Shown here one piece after another: positions 45,001-56,610 of a stretch of 64,000 nt of DNA. Every line of letters starts with the position of its first letter. Position 1 is the first letter of the stretch. Under the pieces are notes generated by a model that was not told the origin of the DNA, did no database searches, and saw nothing but the letters and a program-made list of their open reading frames with translations. This DNA is from Azolla caroliniana (lineage: Eukaryota; Plantae; Polypodiophyta). The DNA lies in the NCBI GenBank assembly GCA_043228905.1, contig JBHGNT010000096.1, forward strand, positions 1 to 64,000, in the 5' to 3' direction. Both the position numbers and the translations under genes were made by a program.

Positions 45001-48000
45001 GATTTTGAAACTCAGGTCGAGAGACATGATGAAATTACCAAATTTGAGGAGTGAGTTGAGAAGAGCTACGAGGTAAATTAAAATGTTCATACCTGGCTCG
45101 TGTGATATCGGATTTTTGTGTTCAAACATGCGAATCGAAGCTAACAACGCTAGCTATGATATGGAATTAAAAAATCAAGATTTTTGAATCTCAGGTCGAG
45201 AGAAATAACGAAATTACCAAATTTGAGAAGTGAGTTGAGAGGAGCCCTTTAGTAAATTAAAATGTTCATACCTGGCTCGTCTGATATCGGAGTTTTGTGT
45301 TCAAACATGCGAATCGAAGCTAACAACGCTAGCTATGATATGGAGTTAAAAAATGAAGATTTTGAAACTCAGGTCGAGAGACATGAAGAAATTACCAAAT
45401 TTGAGGAGTGAGTTGAGAGGAGCCCTTGAGTAAATGAAAATGTTCATACCTAGCTCGTGTAATATCGGATTTTTGTGTTCAAACATACGTATCGAAGCTA
45501 ATAACGCTAGCTATTATATGGAATTAAAAAATCAAGATTTTGAAACTCAGGTCGAGAGACATGATGAAATTACCAAATTTGAGGAGTGAGTTGAGAGGAG
45601 CCCTTGAGTAAATGAAAATGTTCATACCTGGTTCGTGTAATATCGGATTTTTGTGTTCAAACATGCGAATCGAAGCTAACAACGCTAGCTATGATATGGA
45701 ATTAAAAAATCAAGATTTTGAAACTCAGGTCGAGAGACATGATGAAATTACCAAATTTGAGGAGTGAGTTGAGAAGAGCTACGAGGTAAATTAAAATGTT
45801 CATACCTGGCTCGTGTGATATCGGATTTTTGTGTTCAAACATGCGAATCGAAGCTAACAACGCTAGCTATGATATGGAATTAAAAAATCAAGATTTTTGA
45901 ATCTCAGGTCGAGAGAAATAACGAAATTACCAAATTTGAGAAGTGAGTTGAGAGGAGCCCTTGAGTAAATTAAAATGTTCATACCTGGCTCGTCTGATAT
46001 CGGATGTTTGTGTTCAAACATGCGAATCGAAGCTAACAACGCTAGCTATGATATGGAGTTAAAAAATCAAGATTTTGTAACTCAGGTCTAGAGACATGAC
46101 GAAATTAGCAAACATGAGGAGGGAGTTGAGAGGAGCCCTTGAGTAAATAAAAATGTTCATACCTGGATCGTGTGATATCGGATTTTTGTGTTCAAACATG
46201 CGAATCGAAGCTAACAACGCTAGCTATGATATGGAGTTAAAAAATGAAGATTTTGAAACTCCGGTCGAGAGACATGACGAAATTAGCAAACTTGAGGAGG
46301 GAGTTGAGAGGAGCCCTTGAGTAAATAAAAATGTTCATACCTGGATCGTGTGATATCGGATTTTTGTGTTCAAACATGCGAATCGAAGCTAACAACGGTA
46401 GCTATGATATGGAATTAAACAATCAAGATTTTGAAACTCGGGTCGAGACACATGACGAAATTACCAAACATGAGGGGGGAGTTGAAAGGAGCCCTTGAGT
46501 AAATGAAAATGTTCATACCTAGCTCGTCTGATATCGGATTGTTGTGTTCAAACATGCGAATCGAAGCTAACAACGCTAGCTATGATATGCAATTAAAAAA
46601 TCAAGATTTTGAAACTCAGGTCGAGAGACATGACGAAATTACCAAATTTGAGGAGTGAGTTGAGAGGAGCCCTTGAGTAAATAAAAATGTTCATACCTGG
46701 ATCGTGTGATATCGGATTTTTGTGTTCAAACATGCGAATCGAAGCTAACAACGGTAGCTATGATATGGAATTAAAAAATCAAGATTTTGAAACTCAGGTC
46801 GAGAGACATGACGAAATTACCAAATTTGAGGAGTGAGTTGAAAGGAGCCCTTGAGTAAATGAAAATGTTCATACCTGGCTCGTGTAATATTGGATTTTTG
46901 TGTTCATAGATGCGAATCGAAGCTAACAACGCTAGCTATGATATGGAATTAAAAAATCAAGATTTTGAAACTGAGGTCGAGAGACATGACGAAATTACCA
47001 AATTTGAGTAGTGAGTTGAGAGGAGCCCTTGAGTAAATGAAAAGGTTCATACCTGGCTCGTGTAATATCGGATTTTTGTGTTCAAACATGCGTATCGAAG
47101 CTAATAACGTTAGCTATGATATGGTGTAAAAAAATCAAGATTTTGAAACTCAGGTCGAGAGACATGACGAAATTACCAAACATGAGGGGGGAGTTGAGAG
47201 GAGCCCTTGAGTAAATGAAAATGTTCATACCTAGCTCGTGTGATATCGGATTGTTGTGTTCAAACATGCGAATCGAAGCTAACAACGCTAGCTATGATAT
47301 GGAATTATAAAATCAAGATTTTGAAACTGAGGTCGAGAGACATGACGAAATTACCAAATTTGAGGAGGGAATTGAGAGGAGCCCTTGAGTAAATGAAAAT
47401 GTTCATACCTGGCTCGTGTGATATCGGATTTTTGTGTTCAAACATGCGAATCGAAGCTAACAACGGTAGCTATGATATGGAATTAAAAAATCAAGATTTT
47501 GAAACTCAGGTCGAGAGACATGACGAAATTACCAAATTTGAGGAGTGAGTTGAAAGGAGCCCTTGAGTAAATGAAAATGTTCATACCTGGCTCGTGTAAT
47601 ATTGGATTTTTGTGTTGATAGATGCGAATCGAAGCTAACAACGCTAGCTATGATATGGAATTAAAAAATCAAGATTTTGAAACTGAGGTCGAGAGACATG
47701 ACGAAATTACCAAATTTGAGTAGTGAGTTGAGAGGAGCCCTTGAGTAAATGAAAAGGTTCATACCTGGCTCGTGTAATATCGGATTTTTGTGTTCAAACA
47801 TGCGTATCGAAGCTAATAACGTTAGCTATGATATGGTGTAAAAAAATCAAGATTTTGAAACTCAGGTCGAGAGACATGACGAAATTACCAAACATGAGGG
47901 GGGAGTTGAGAGGAGCCCTTGAGTAAATGAAAATGTTCATACCTAGCTCGTGTGATATCGGATTGTTGTGTTCAAACATGCGAATCGAAGCTAACAACGC

Positions 48001-51000
48001 TAGCTATGATATGGAATTATAAAATCAAGATTTTGAAACTGAGGTCGAGAGACATGACGAAATTACCAAATTTGAGGAGGGAATTGAGAGGAGCGCTTGA
48101 GTAAATGAAAATGTTCATACCTGGCTCGTGTGATATCGGATTTTTGTGTTCAAACATGCGAATCGAAGCTAACAACGGTAGCTATGATATGGAATTAAAA
48201 AATCAAGATTTTGAAACTCAGGTCGAGAGACATGACGAAATTACCAAATTTGAGGAGTGAGTTGAGAGGAGCCCTTGAGTAAATAAAAATGTTCATACCT
48301 GGATCGTGTGATATCGGATTTTTGTGTTCAAACATACGTATCGAAGCTAATAACGCTAGCTATGATATGGAGTAAAAAAATCAAGATTTTGAAACTCAGG
48401 TCTAGAGACATGACGAAATTAGCAAACTTGAGGAGGGAGTTGAGAGGAGCCCTTCAGTAAATGAAAATGTTCATACCTGGCTCGTGTAATATCGGATTTT
48501 TGTGTTCAAACATGCGAATCGAAGCTAACAACGCTAGCTATGATATGGAGTTAAAAAATGAAGATTATGAAACTCAGGTCGAGAGACATGAAGAAATTAC
48601 CAAATTTGAGGAGTGAGTTGAGAGGAGCCCTTGAGTAAATGAAAATGTTCATACCTGGCTCGTGTAATATCGGATATTTGTGTTCAAACATGCGAATCGA
48701 AGCTAACAACGCTAGCTATGATATGGAGTTAAAAAATCAAGATTTTGAAACTCAGGTCTAGAGACATGACGAAATTAGCAAACATGAGGAGGGAGTTGAG
48801 AGGAGCCCTTGAGTAAATAATAATGTTCATACCTGGATCGTGTGATATCGGATTTTTGTGTTCAAACATGCGAATCGAAGCTAACAACGCTAGCTATGAT
48901 ATGGAGTTAAAAAATGAAGATTTTGAAACTCAGGTCGAGAGACATGAAGAAATTACCAAATTTGAGGAGTGAGTTGAGAGGAGCCCTTGAGTAAATGAAA
49001 ATGTTCATACCTAGCTCGTGTAATATCGGATTTTTGTGTTCAAACATACGTATCGAAGCTAATAACGCTAGCTATGATATGGAGTAAAAAAATCAAGATT
49101 TTGAAACTCAGGTCTAGAGACATGACGAAATTAGCAAACTTGAGGAGGGAGTTGAGAGGAGCCCTTGAGTAAATAAAAATGTTCATACCTGGCTCGTGTG
49201 ATATCGGATTTTTGTGTTCAAACATACGTATCGAAGCTAATAACGCTAGCTATGATATGGAGTAAAAAAATCAAGATTTTGAAACTCAGGTCTAGAGACA
49301 TGACGAAATTAGCAAACTTGAGGAGGGAGTTGAGAGGAGCCCTTGAGTAAATAAAAATGTTCATACCTGGCTCGTGTGATATCGGATTTTTGTGTTCAAA
49401 CATGCGAATCGAAGCTAACAACGGTAGCTACGATATGGAATTAAAAAATCAAGGTTTTGAAACGCAGGTCGAGAGACATAAAGAAATTACCAAATTTGAG
49501 GAGTGAGTTTAGAGGAGCCCTTGAGTAATTGAAAATGTTCATACCTTGCTCGTGTAATATCAGATTTTTGTGTTCAAACATGCGAATCGAAGCTAACAAC
49601 GCTAGCTATGATATGGAGTTAAAAAATCAAGATTTTGAAACTAAGGTCGAGAGACATGACAAAATTAGCAAACATGAGGAGGGAGTTGAGAGGAGCCCTT
49701 GAGTAAATTAAAATGTTCATACCTGGCTCAGGTGATATCGGATTTTTGTGTTCAAACATGCGAATCGAAGCTAACAACGCTAGCTATGATATGGAATTAA
49801 AAAATCAAGATTTTTGAAACTTAGGTTGAGAGAAATGACGAAATTACCAAATTTGAATAGTGAGTTGAGAGGAGCCCTTGAGTAAATGAAAATGTTCATA
49901 CCTGGCAAGTGTAATATCGGATTTTTGTGTTCAAACATGCGAATCGAAGCTAACAACGCTAGCTATGATATGGAATTAAAAAATGAAGATTTTTAAAACT
50001 CAGGTCGAGAGACATGACGAAATTACCAAATTTGAGGAGTGAGTGGAGAAGAGCCCTGGAGTGAATTAAAATGTTCAGACCTGGCTCGTGTGATATCGGA
50101 TTTTTGTGTTCAAACATGCGAATCGAAGCTAACAACGCTAGCTATGATATGGAATTAAAAAATCAAGATTTTGAAACTCAGGTCGAGAGACATGACGAAA
50201 TTACCAAATTTGAGGAGTGAGTTGAGAGGAGCCCTTGAGTAAATAAAAATGTTCATACCTGGATCGTGTGATATCGGATTTTTGTGTTCAAACATGCGAA
50301 TCGAAGCTAACAACGGTAGCTATGATATGGAATTAAAAAATCAAGATTTTGAAACTCAGGTCGAGAGACATGACGAAATTACCAAATTTGAGGAGTGAGT
50401 TGAGAGGAGCCCTTGAGTAAATGAAAATGTTCATACCTGGGTCGTGTAATATTGGATTTTTGTGTTCAAAGATGCGAATCGAAGCTAACAACGCTAGCTA
50501 TGATATGGAATTAAAAAATCAAGATTTTGAAACTCAGGTCGAGAGACATGATGAAATTACCAAATTTGAGGAGTGAGTTGAGAAGAGCTACGAGGTAAAT
50601 TAAAATGTTCATACCTGGCTCGTGTGATATCGGATTCTTGTGTTTAAACATGCGAATCGAAGCTAACAACGCTAGCTATGATATGGAATTAAAAAATCAA
50701 GATTTTTGAATCTCAGGTCGAGAGAAATAACGAAATTACCAAATTTGAGAAGTGAGTTGAGAGGAGCCCTTTAGTAAATTAAAATGTTCATACCTGGCTC
50801 GTCTGATATCGGAGTTTTGTGTTCAAACATGCGAATCGAAGCTAACAACGCTAGCTATGATATGGAGTTAAAAAATGAAGATTTTGAAACTCAGGTCGAG
50901 AGACATGAAGAAATTACCAAATTTGAGGAGTGAGTTGAGAGGAGCCCTTGAGTAAATGAAAATGTTCATACCTAGCTCGTGTAATATCGGATTTTTGTGT

Positions 51001-52732
51001 TCAAACATACGTATCGAAGCTAATAACGCTAGCTATTATATGGAATTAAAAAATCAAGATTTTGAAACTCAGGTTGAGAGACATGATGAAATTACCAAAT
51101 TTGAGGAGTGAGTTGAGAGGAGCCCTTGAGTAAATGAAAATGTTCATACCTGGCTCGTGTAATATCGGATTTTTGTGTTCAAACATGCGAATCGAAGCTA
51201 ACAACGCTAGCTATGATATGGAGTTAAAAAATGAAGATTTTGAAACTCAGGTCGAGAGACATGAAGAAATTACCAAATTTGAGGAGTGAGTTGAGAGGAG
51301 CCCTTGAGTAAATAAAAATGTTCATACCTGGATCGTGTGATATCGGATTTTTGTGTTCAAACATGCGAATCGAAGCTAACAACGCTAGCTATGATATGGA
51401 ATTAAAAAATCAAGATTTTGAAACTCAGGTCGAGAGACATGACGAAATTACCAAATTTGAGGAGTGAGTTGAGAGGAGCCCTTGAGTAAATGAAAATGTT
51501 CATACCTGGCTCGTGTAATATTGGATTTTTGTGTTCAAAGATGCGAATCGAAGCTAACAACGCTAGCTATGATATGGAATTAAAAAATCAAGATTTTGAA
51601 ACTCAGGTCGAGAGACATGATGAAATTACCAAATTTGAGGAGTGAGTTGAGAAGAGCTACGAGGTAAATTAAAATGTTCATACCTGGCTCGTGTGATATC
51701 GGATTTTTGTGTTCAAACATGCGAATCGAAGCTAACAACGCTAGCTATGATATGGAATTAAAAAATCAAGATTTTGAATCTCAGGTCGAGAGACATGAAG
51801 AAATTACCAAATTTGAATAGTGAGTTGAGAGGAGCCCTTGAGTAAATGAAAATGTTCAAACCTAGCTCGTGTAATATCGGATTTTTGTGTTCAAACATAC
51901 GTATCGAAGCTAATAACGCTAGCTATGATATGGAGTAAAAAAATCAAGATTTTGAAACTCAGGTCTAGAGACATGAAGAAATTTTTAAATTTGAGGAGGG
52001 ACTTGAGAGGAGCCCTTCAGTAAATAAAAATGTTCATACCTGGATCGTGTGATATCGGATTTTTGTGTTCAAACATGCGAATCGCAGCTAACAACGGTAA
52101 CTATGATATGGAGTAATAAAATCAAGATTTTGAAACTCAGGTCAAGAGACATGACGAAATTAGCAAACTTGAGGAGGGAGTTGAGAGGAGCCCTTGAGTA
52201 AATAAAAATGTTCATACCTGGCTCGTGTGATATCGGATTTTTGTGTTCAAACATGCGAATCGAAGCTAACAACGGTAGCTATGATATGGAATTAAAAAAT
52301 CAAGATTTTGAAACTCAGGTCGAGAGACATGACGAAATTACCAAATTTGAGGAGTGAGTTGAAAGGAGCCCTTGAGTAAATGAAAATGTTCATACCTGGC
52401 TCGTGTAATATTGGATTTTTGTGTTCAAAGATGCGAATCGAAGCTAACAACGCTAGCTATGATATGGAATTAAAAAATCAAGATTTTGAAACTGAGGTCG
52501 AGAGACCTGACGAAATTACCAAATTTGAGTAGTGAGTTGAGAGGAGCCCTTGAGTAAATGAAAAGGTTCATACCTGGCTCGTGTAATATCGGATTTTTGT
52601 GTTCAAACATGCGTATCGAAGCTAATAACGTTAGCTATGATATGGTGTAAAAAAATCAAGATTTTGAAACTCAGGTCGAGAGACATGACGAAATTACCAA
52701 ACATGAGGGGGGAGTTGAGAGGAGCCCTTGAG

Positions 52733-52760
52733 AGGAGCCCTTGAGAGGAGCCCTAAACCC
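52733..52760 (+). other. 5' insertion-junction filler: satellite 13-mer slippage copies plus telomeric repeat
   Basis: TTGAGAGGAGCCC occurs three times in tandem (52715-52753), followed by TAAACCC, giving CCCTAAACCCT at 52751-52761. This is absent before the second pLTR. Confidence 0.85.
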
Positions 52761-53160
52761 TCTCCCTCTCTCTTTTCTCACCTTTTTTCACACTCTCTTC
52801 TCATTAGTTAAATTTCTCACTCTATCTCTCTCTCTCTCTCTCCTCATTCCCCATAACTATTAAATTCGTATTCCCCTCGTTTTTCACCCACATCTTTACC
52901 TCGTACTAGCCACCATCACACACATATACACACCCCTCCCCTCACTTATCATACCCTCCGGTCACCCACTTATCACCATTATTATACCCTCTAGTTACCC
53001 ACTTATCTCTATCAAACTCATGATACCCACTCCCTCCCTTTACAAAATCATATCTTGCCCCCTTATCACCGTGTTACACCACTCCCTCCCATACTCCTCA
53101 CTTCTTTTCACATTTATCACTCTTGTCCACCACTTATCTTACACCCCCCTTACCACAAAC

Positions 53161-53170
53161 CTATATAAAC
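53161..53170 (+). promoter_or_regulatory. Candidate TATA box CTATATAAAC (also 59296-59305 and 61963-61972)
   Basis: TATA consensus match starting 28 nt upstream of the ribozyme stem I. Motif evidence only. Confidence 0.4.
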
Positions 53171-53188
53171 TTACCTTTGTACTCGAAA

Positions 53189-53247
53189 ATGACCTAAGCA
53201 CTGATGAGCTCCATATATGAGCGAAACTAGTTTGCTACATAGGTCAT
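53189..53247 (+). ncRNA. Type I minimal hammerhead ribozyme, copy 1
   Basis: Stem I ATGACCTA-AGCA / TGCT-(ACA bulge)-TAGGTCAT; core CTGATGA (53201-53207); stem II GCTC/GAGC with CATATAT loop; GAAA; 1-bp C-G stem III around palindromic CTAG; GTT cleavage triplet, cut after 53232. Confidence 0.93.
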
Positions 53248-53410
53248 ATTAATATATATTTGATCAATATATATTTTCTTCTCAAGTGTCTATTGTTTTT
53301 ATGTTGTGGTTAGTTGTGCTTTGAATAATATATATGCTATTTCATTCCCACTAAGTAAAACGTGGCACTCCCCCCTCTTTCCCTTAATCTTTAACCTACC
53401 CAATACCCGC

Positions 53411-53830
53411 AACCCTAAACTAATAACCCTAACACATTATATCCTCGCCAACCCATACCCTCATCATCATACCTCTCCAAACATATCTCCCCTTACCACT
53501 AAAACCCTAAACCTACCAATCCTTAATACCTTTACTTTTGCACACACTACCCTAAACCCTCAGAATATTTTAACCCATATACCCTAAACCCTCAGAACAA
53601 ACCCATAAACCCTAAGAATAGTTAACCTAATAACACTAGTCGTAGCCTAAATAAGTATCGTGCCCGCTTTCCTCGTGCAATACATCATATAGTCTACCAA
53701 ACCCTAAACCCTCAGATATTTTACCCATATGCCCTAAACCCTCCGAACAAAACCCTAAACCCTTAAGATATTTAACCCAAAAACCTCAGTTAACCCATAT
53801 ACCCGAAACCTTCAAACCCAAACCCTAAAT
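53411..53830 (+). repeat. Dispersed plant-type telomere motifs (CCCTAAA) in the pLTR 3' half
   Basis: CCCTAAA(CCC) near 53413, 53505, 53550, 53582, 53702, 53732, 53753 and 53823; repeated in the other two pLTR copies. Confidence 0.8.
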
Positions 53831-53919
53831 CCTCAAATAGTTAACCAAATAACACTAATCACAGCCAAAGAAGTATCGTGCCCGCACTCCTCGTATAAGA
53901 CATTATATAGTCTATTAAT

Positions 53920-55652
53920 ATGGAAAATCATGATTTTACTATGGAGGCTCTACTATCGGAGAATGGCACCCACAATGGTTCGACCTCAACCGACCTTGAT
54001 CAACCATCGAGTGACGAGTGCCCTCAGCAAACGATAGAGACGATTGTAGCACTCACTTCGGCAACCCCTACACCAATCAAACTAAAGCCAACCAACACAC
54101 CCTGTAGACTAACGTCGATCACCCACATCCCATCATCAACGGACAACACTGAAGATAACGATCACACTACATCCTCTAATAAGGTAACATCTTCAACATA
54201 TGCGTTTTGCTCAAAGTATCTCGAGGAATATAAAACACGCATGTTCACAGAATTTAAACAGCTTTTCCGACACAAGAAACAAGCATTCAACACACTAACT
54301 AGAGTCTCGAACCTCTACAACCATGGCTCCCTTCCACCTAGCCTTAAAAACCAACCTCCTAAGCTTAAACTAACTCACCATGAACTTAACCATAGTCTAC
54401 AACAAGAGTTCTTAACACTCACAAGTCAATATAACAAAGAACTTGCGACGACCTATATTCTACACCTAGATAGGTTAGTTCACACATACACAAAACTTTT
54501 AGATGATTTCCCAAATAAAGTTAGAGTAGAACTCTTCGAATTTAGCACCAAGTTACTAGACCCTAAGCACTTAGAAGAGGTCTCAAATTTTATAGCGCCT
54601 AACCTTTTTACAGACAATATTAACCATTGGTTAGAAGAACATGTTATAGAACTTTTAACGAAGTGCCAAGAGTTTGGTGTTACTAACAACATCAATAATA
54701 CACTCAAAACAACTTCAATCACAATTAGAAATAACAATAGAGAGTTACAACACTCGGATATACTCCATAATACACATGATTTTGATAATATAAATGTTGA
54801 ATTAGATAACGAAATAGAAGATCTCCCAATAGATCTAGATACAAACGAGGAGCTTATAGAACAAAATCCTAACCCACAAACATCCTGAGCCATTATCACC
54901 AAAAACAAAAAAAGTTTACACTTTGACCCCACATCCAATCCTCACCTTGATGCAATTATTAACATTAACTCTAACCCTATCCCAAAATCAAACCCTAACC
55001 CTCTCCCCATCCCTAAATCTACCCCGAAAAACAATAACTTTAATCCCAACATAACATCTAACCACAAATCCCACCGTAATCCTTGTAAACAAAATCCTTA
55101 CCCTACTCCCAACCATACTAAACCCAACCCTAAAACAAACTCTAATAGGAATCCTAACCCTAACTCTAAACCGAAACCTAACCCTAACCATAACCCAAAA
55201 CCGAACCATAACCCTAACCCGAAACCCAAACCCAATCTCACTAAGAATCTAAACCCTAAACCCCACCCAAAATCTGTAAAATACACACGCCCTTTCGGCC
55301 CTTCACAACAACCGCACCAGCGCCGCCAACAACACCCTCTTCGACCACCGCCGCCGCCACCATTACCACCATCCAAGCCTCGACAAAAATTCTACACTTA
55401 TAACATAACAACACACGAAATTACCCCGCGCCATAATTTAGATTCCAATCAATACGAACCAATAGTTAAATTTATTGGTTTCAACGAACCCGAACTTCTC
55501 CAACGAATACAACTCCGCCATATACCTTCCGCCCCATTTCAGCCCAAAGCAAACACTATCCATAGCTTCTCCTCTCCATTTCCTCCTGAAAACAAACAAC
55601 AAGTATACCTTTACCGGCATCAAAACCGAGGCCAACCTAACAATGGTTTTCA

Positions 55653-55683
<31 letters not shown>

Positions 55684-56565
55684 CCGCAACCGCAACACCA
55701 CGAGCCCTGGAGATATATGACGGAAAGAGAACACCAAATGCACTCATATCAGCATCGACATCAACATATAAATCAACGCCAACCCAACAATGATCTTCAG
55801 CCGCAGCCGCCACCACCGCCGCCGCCGCCGCCGCCATGCGACCAGCCCTGCAAATTACAGCAGCCTCTTCTGCCGACGCCTCGACCCCCACCGTTTTCTC
55901 ACCCTCTCCAACATCAACCTCCCTCTCGGACAACATACGAGACGGCAATTAATAACATAACCACCACCAATTATCAGCTCCAGCCGCCACTTGAGGAGGA
56001 CACACCACTCCACCATTCGCGAGATACCTATCATCAGATTCACCACCAGCCCCAACACACCCCATTCAGCTTCATCGCTCCCCCCTTGTATCCCTCCCCC
56101 GAAGACCTTCAACCCCAAAACAATACTCATCCTTACCCTCCTACCCATACCCACTGTGTAAATCCTAACGCTCACCCTACCCCTAACTCTCCTTCTCTTT
56201 CGTTTTCTTTTTATACTCCTCCTAATAATTCTAGAAATACCTTTCCTACCCCCCCCTCTCACAACTATTCACACACACTAAGCCCCCCTTGGTTTAAAGA
56301 AACTACCCACAATCACAACATAAACCCTCCCCTATTTTCCCAAATACCCTTAGCCTTCCCCAACCCCTCATACACCTCTCTTAACCCCTACATCCCTAAC
56401 CACTACACCCAATCAACCCATACCCAACATCCTCCCTACACCACCTCTACCAAACCATCCACAAGTTGTATCCACCCCTCAACTAGTCACCCTAAATCCC
56501 CTATGTATTCTTCTCACATCACACTTCCCACCACTCACAACCTCCACCGGCCAAAAAACGTTTAG
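53920..56565 (+). CDS. PLE ORF1, 881 codons with a single in-frame TGA at 54886-54888: helical N-terminal domain then long Pro/Asn/Gln/His-rich low-complexity region
   Basis: Track ORFs 53920-54888 and 55717-56565 share a frame (offset 1797 = 599 codons). Manual translation of 54889-55716 (AIITKNKKSLHF...PQHHEPWRY) has no stop. Confidence 0.8.
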
Positions 56566-56610
56566 TACGGCGTGCTAAAAGATCAAACCGACGTTTTAGA
56601 CACGCCGTAC
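56553..56610 (+). promoter_or_regulatory. -1 programmed ribosomal frameshift signal
   Basis: Slippery heptamer A_AAA_AAC (56553-56559) phased in ORF1, 5-nt spacer, hairpin GTACGGCGTG-CTAAAA / TTTTAG-A-CACGCCGTAC (56565-56610). The -1 frame is open and continuous with the RT ORF. Confidence 0.85.

Larger units (their letters stand above)
1..52732 (+). repeat. 178-bp tandem satellite array (~296 monomers), putatively centromeric or pericentromeric
   Basis: Head-to-tail monomers, consensus AAACATGCGAATCGAAGCTAACAACGCTAGCTATGATATGGAATTAAAAAATCAAGATTTTGAAACTCAGGTCGAGAGACATGACGAAATTACCAAATTTGAGGAGTGAGTTGAGAGGAGCCCTTGAGTAAATGAAAATGTTCATACCTGGCTCGTGTGATATCGGATTTTTGTGTTC (178 nt). No inversions seen. 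The centromeric role is inferred only from monomer length and array organisation. Confidence 0.98.
52760..53928 (+). repeat. 5' pLTR (direct terminal repeat, copy 1)
   Basis: Matches 58893-60063 at offset 6133-6135. By eye 3 substitutions (53345, 53655, 53698) and one CT-unit indel. Ends 9 nt into ORF1 (ATGGAAAAT). Confidence 0.96.

Noticed and set aside
1-52732. CRISPR array
   Set aside because: No unique spacers and no cas genes; whole 178-bp units are repeated.
1-52732. Arabidopsis CEN178 satellite
   Set aside because: Same length, but the sequence does not resemble the CEN178 consensus as I recall it. No named family assigned.
53020-53587. 66-aa and 93-aa ORFs in the pLTRs (also 59155, 59441, 62108) and the 62-aa ORF at 58594
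   Set aside because: Low-complexity products of C/A- or C/T-biased non-coding sequence; they recur only because the repeat does.
53411-53830. Interstitial telomere or chromosome-fusion site
   Set aside because: Motifs are dispersed, at most about two repeats long, single orientation and an integral part of all three pLTR copies.
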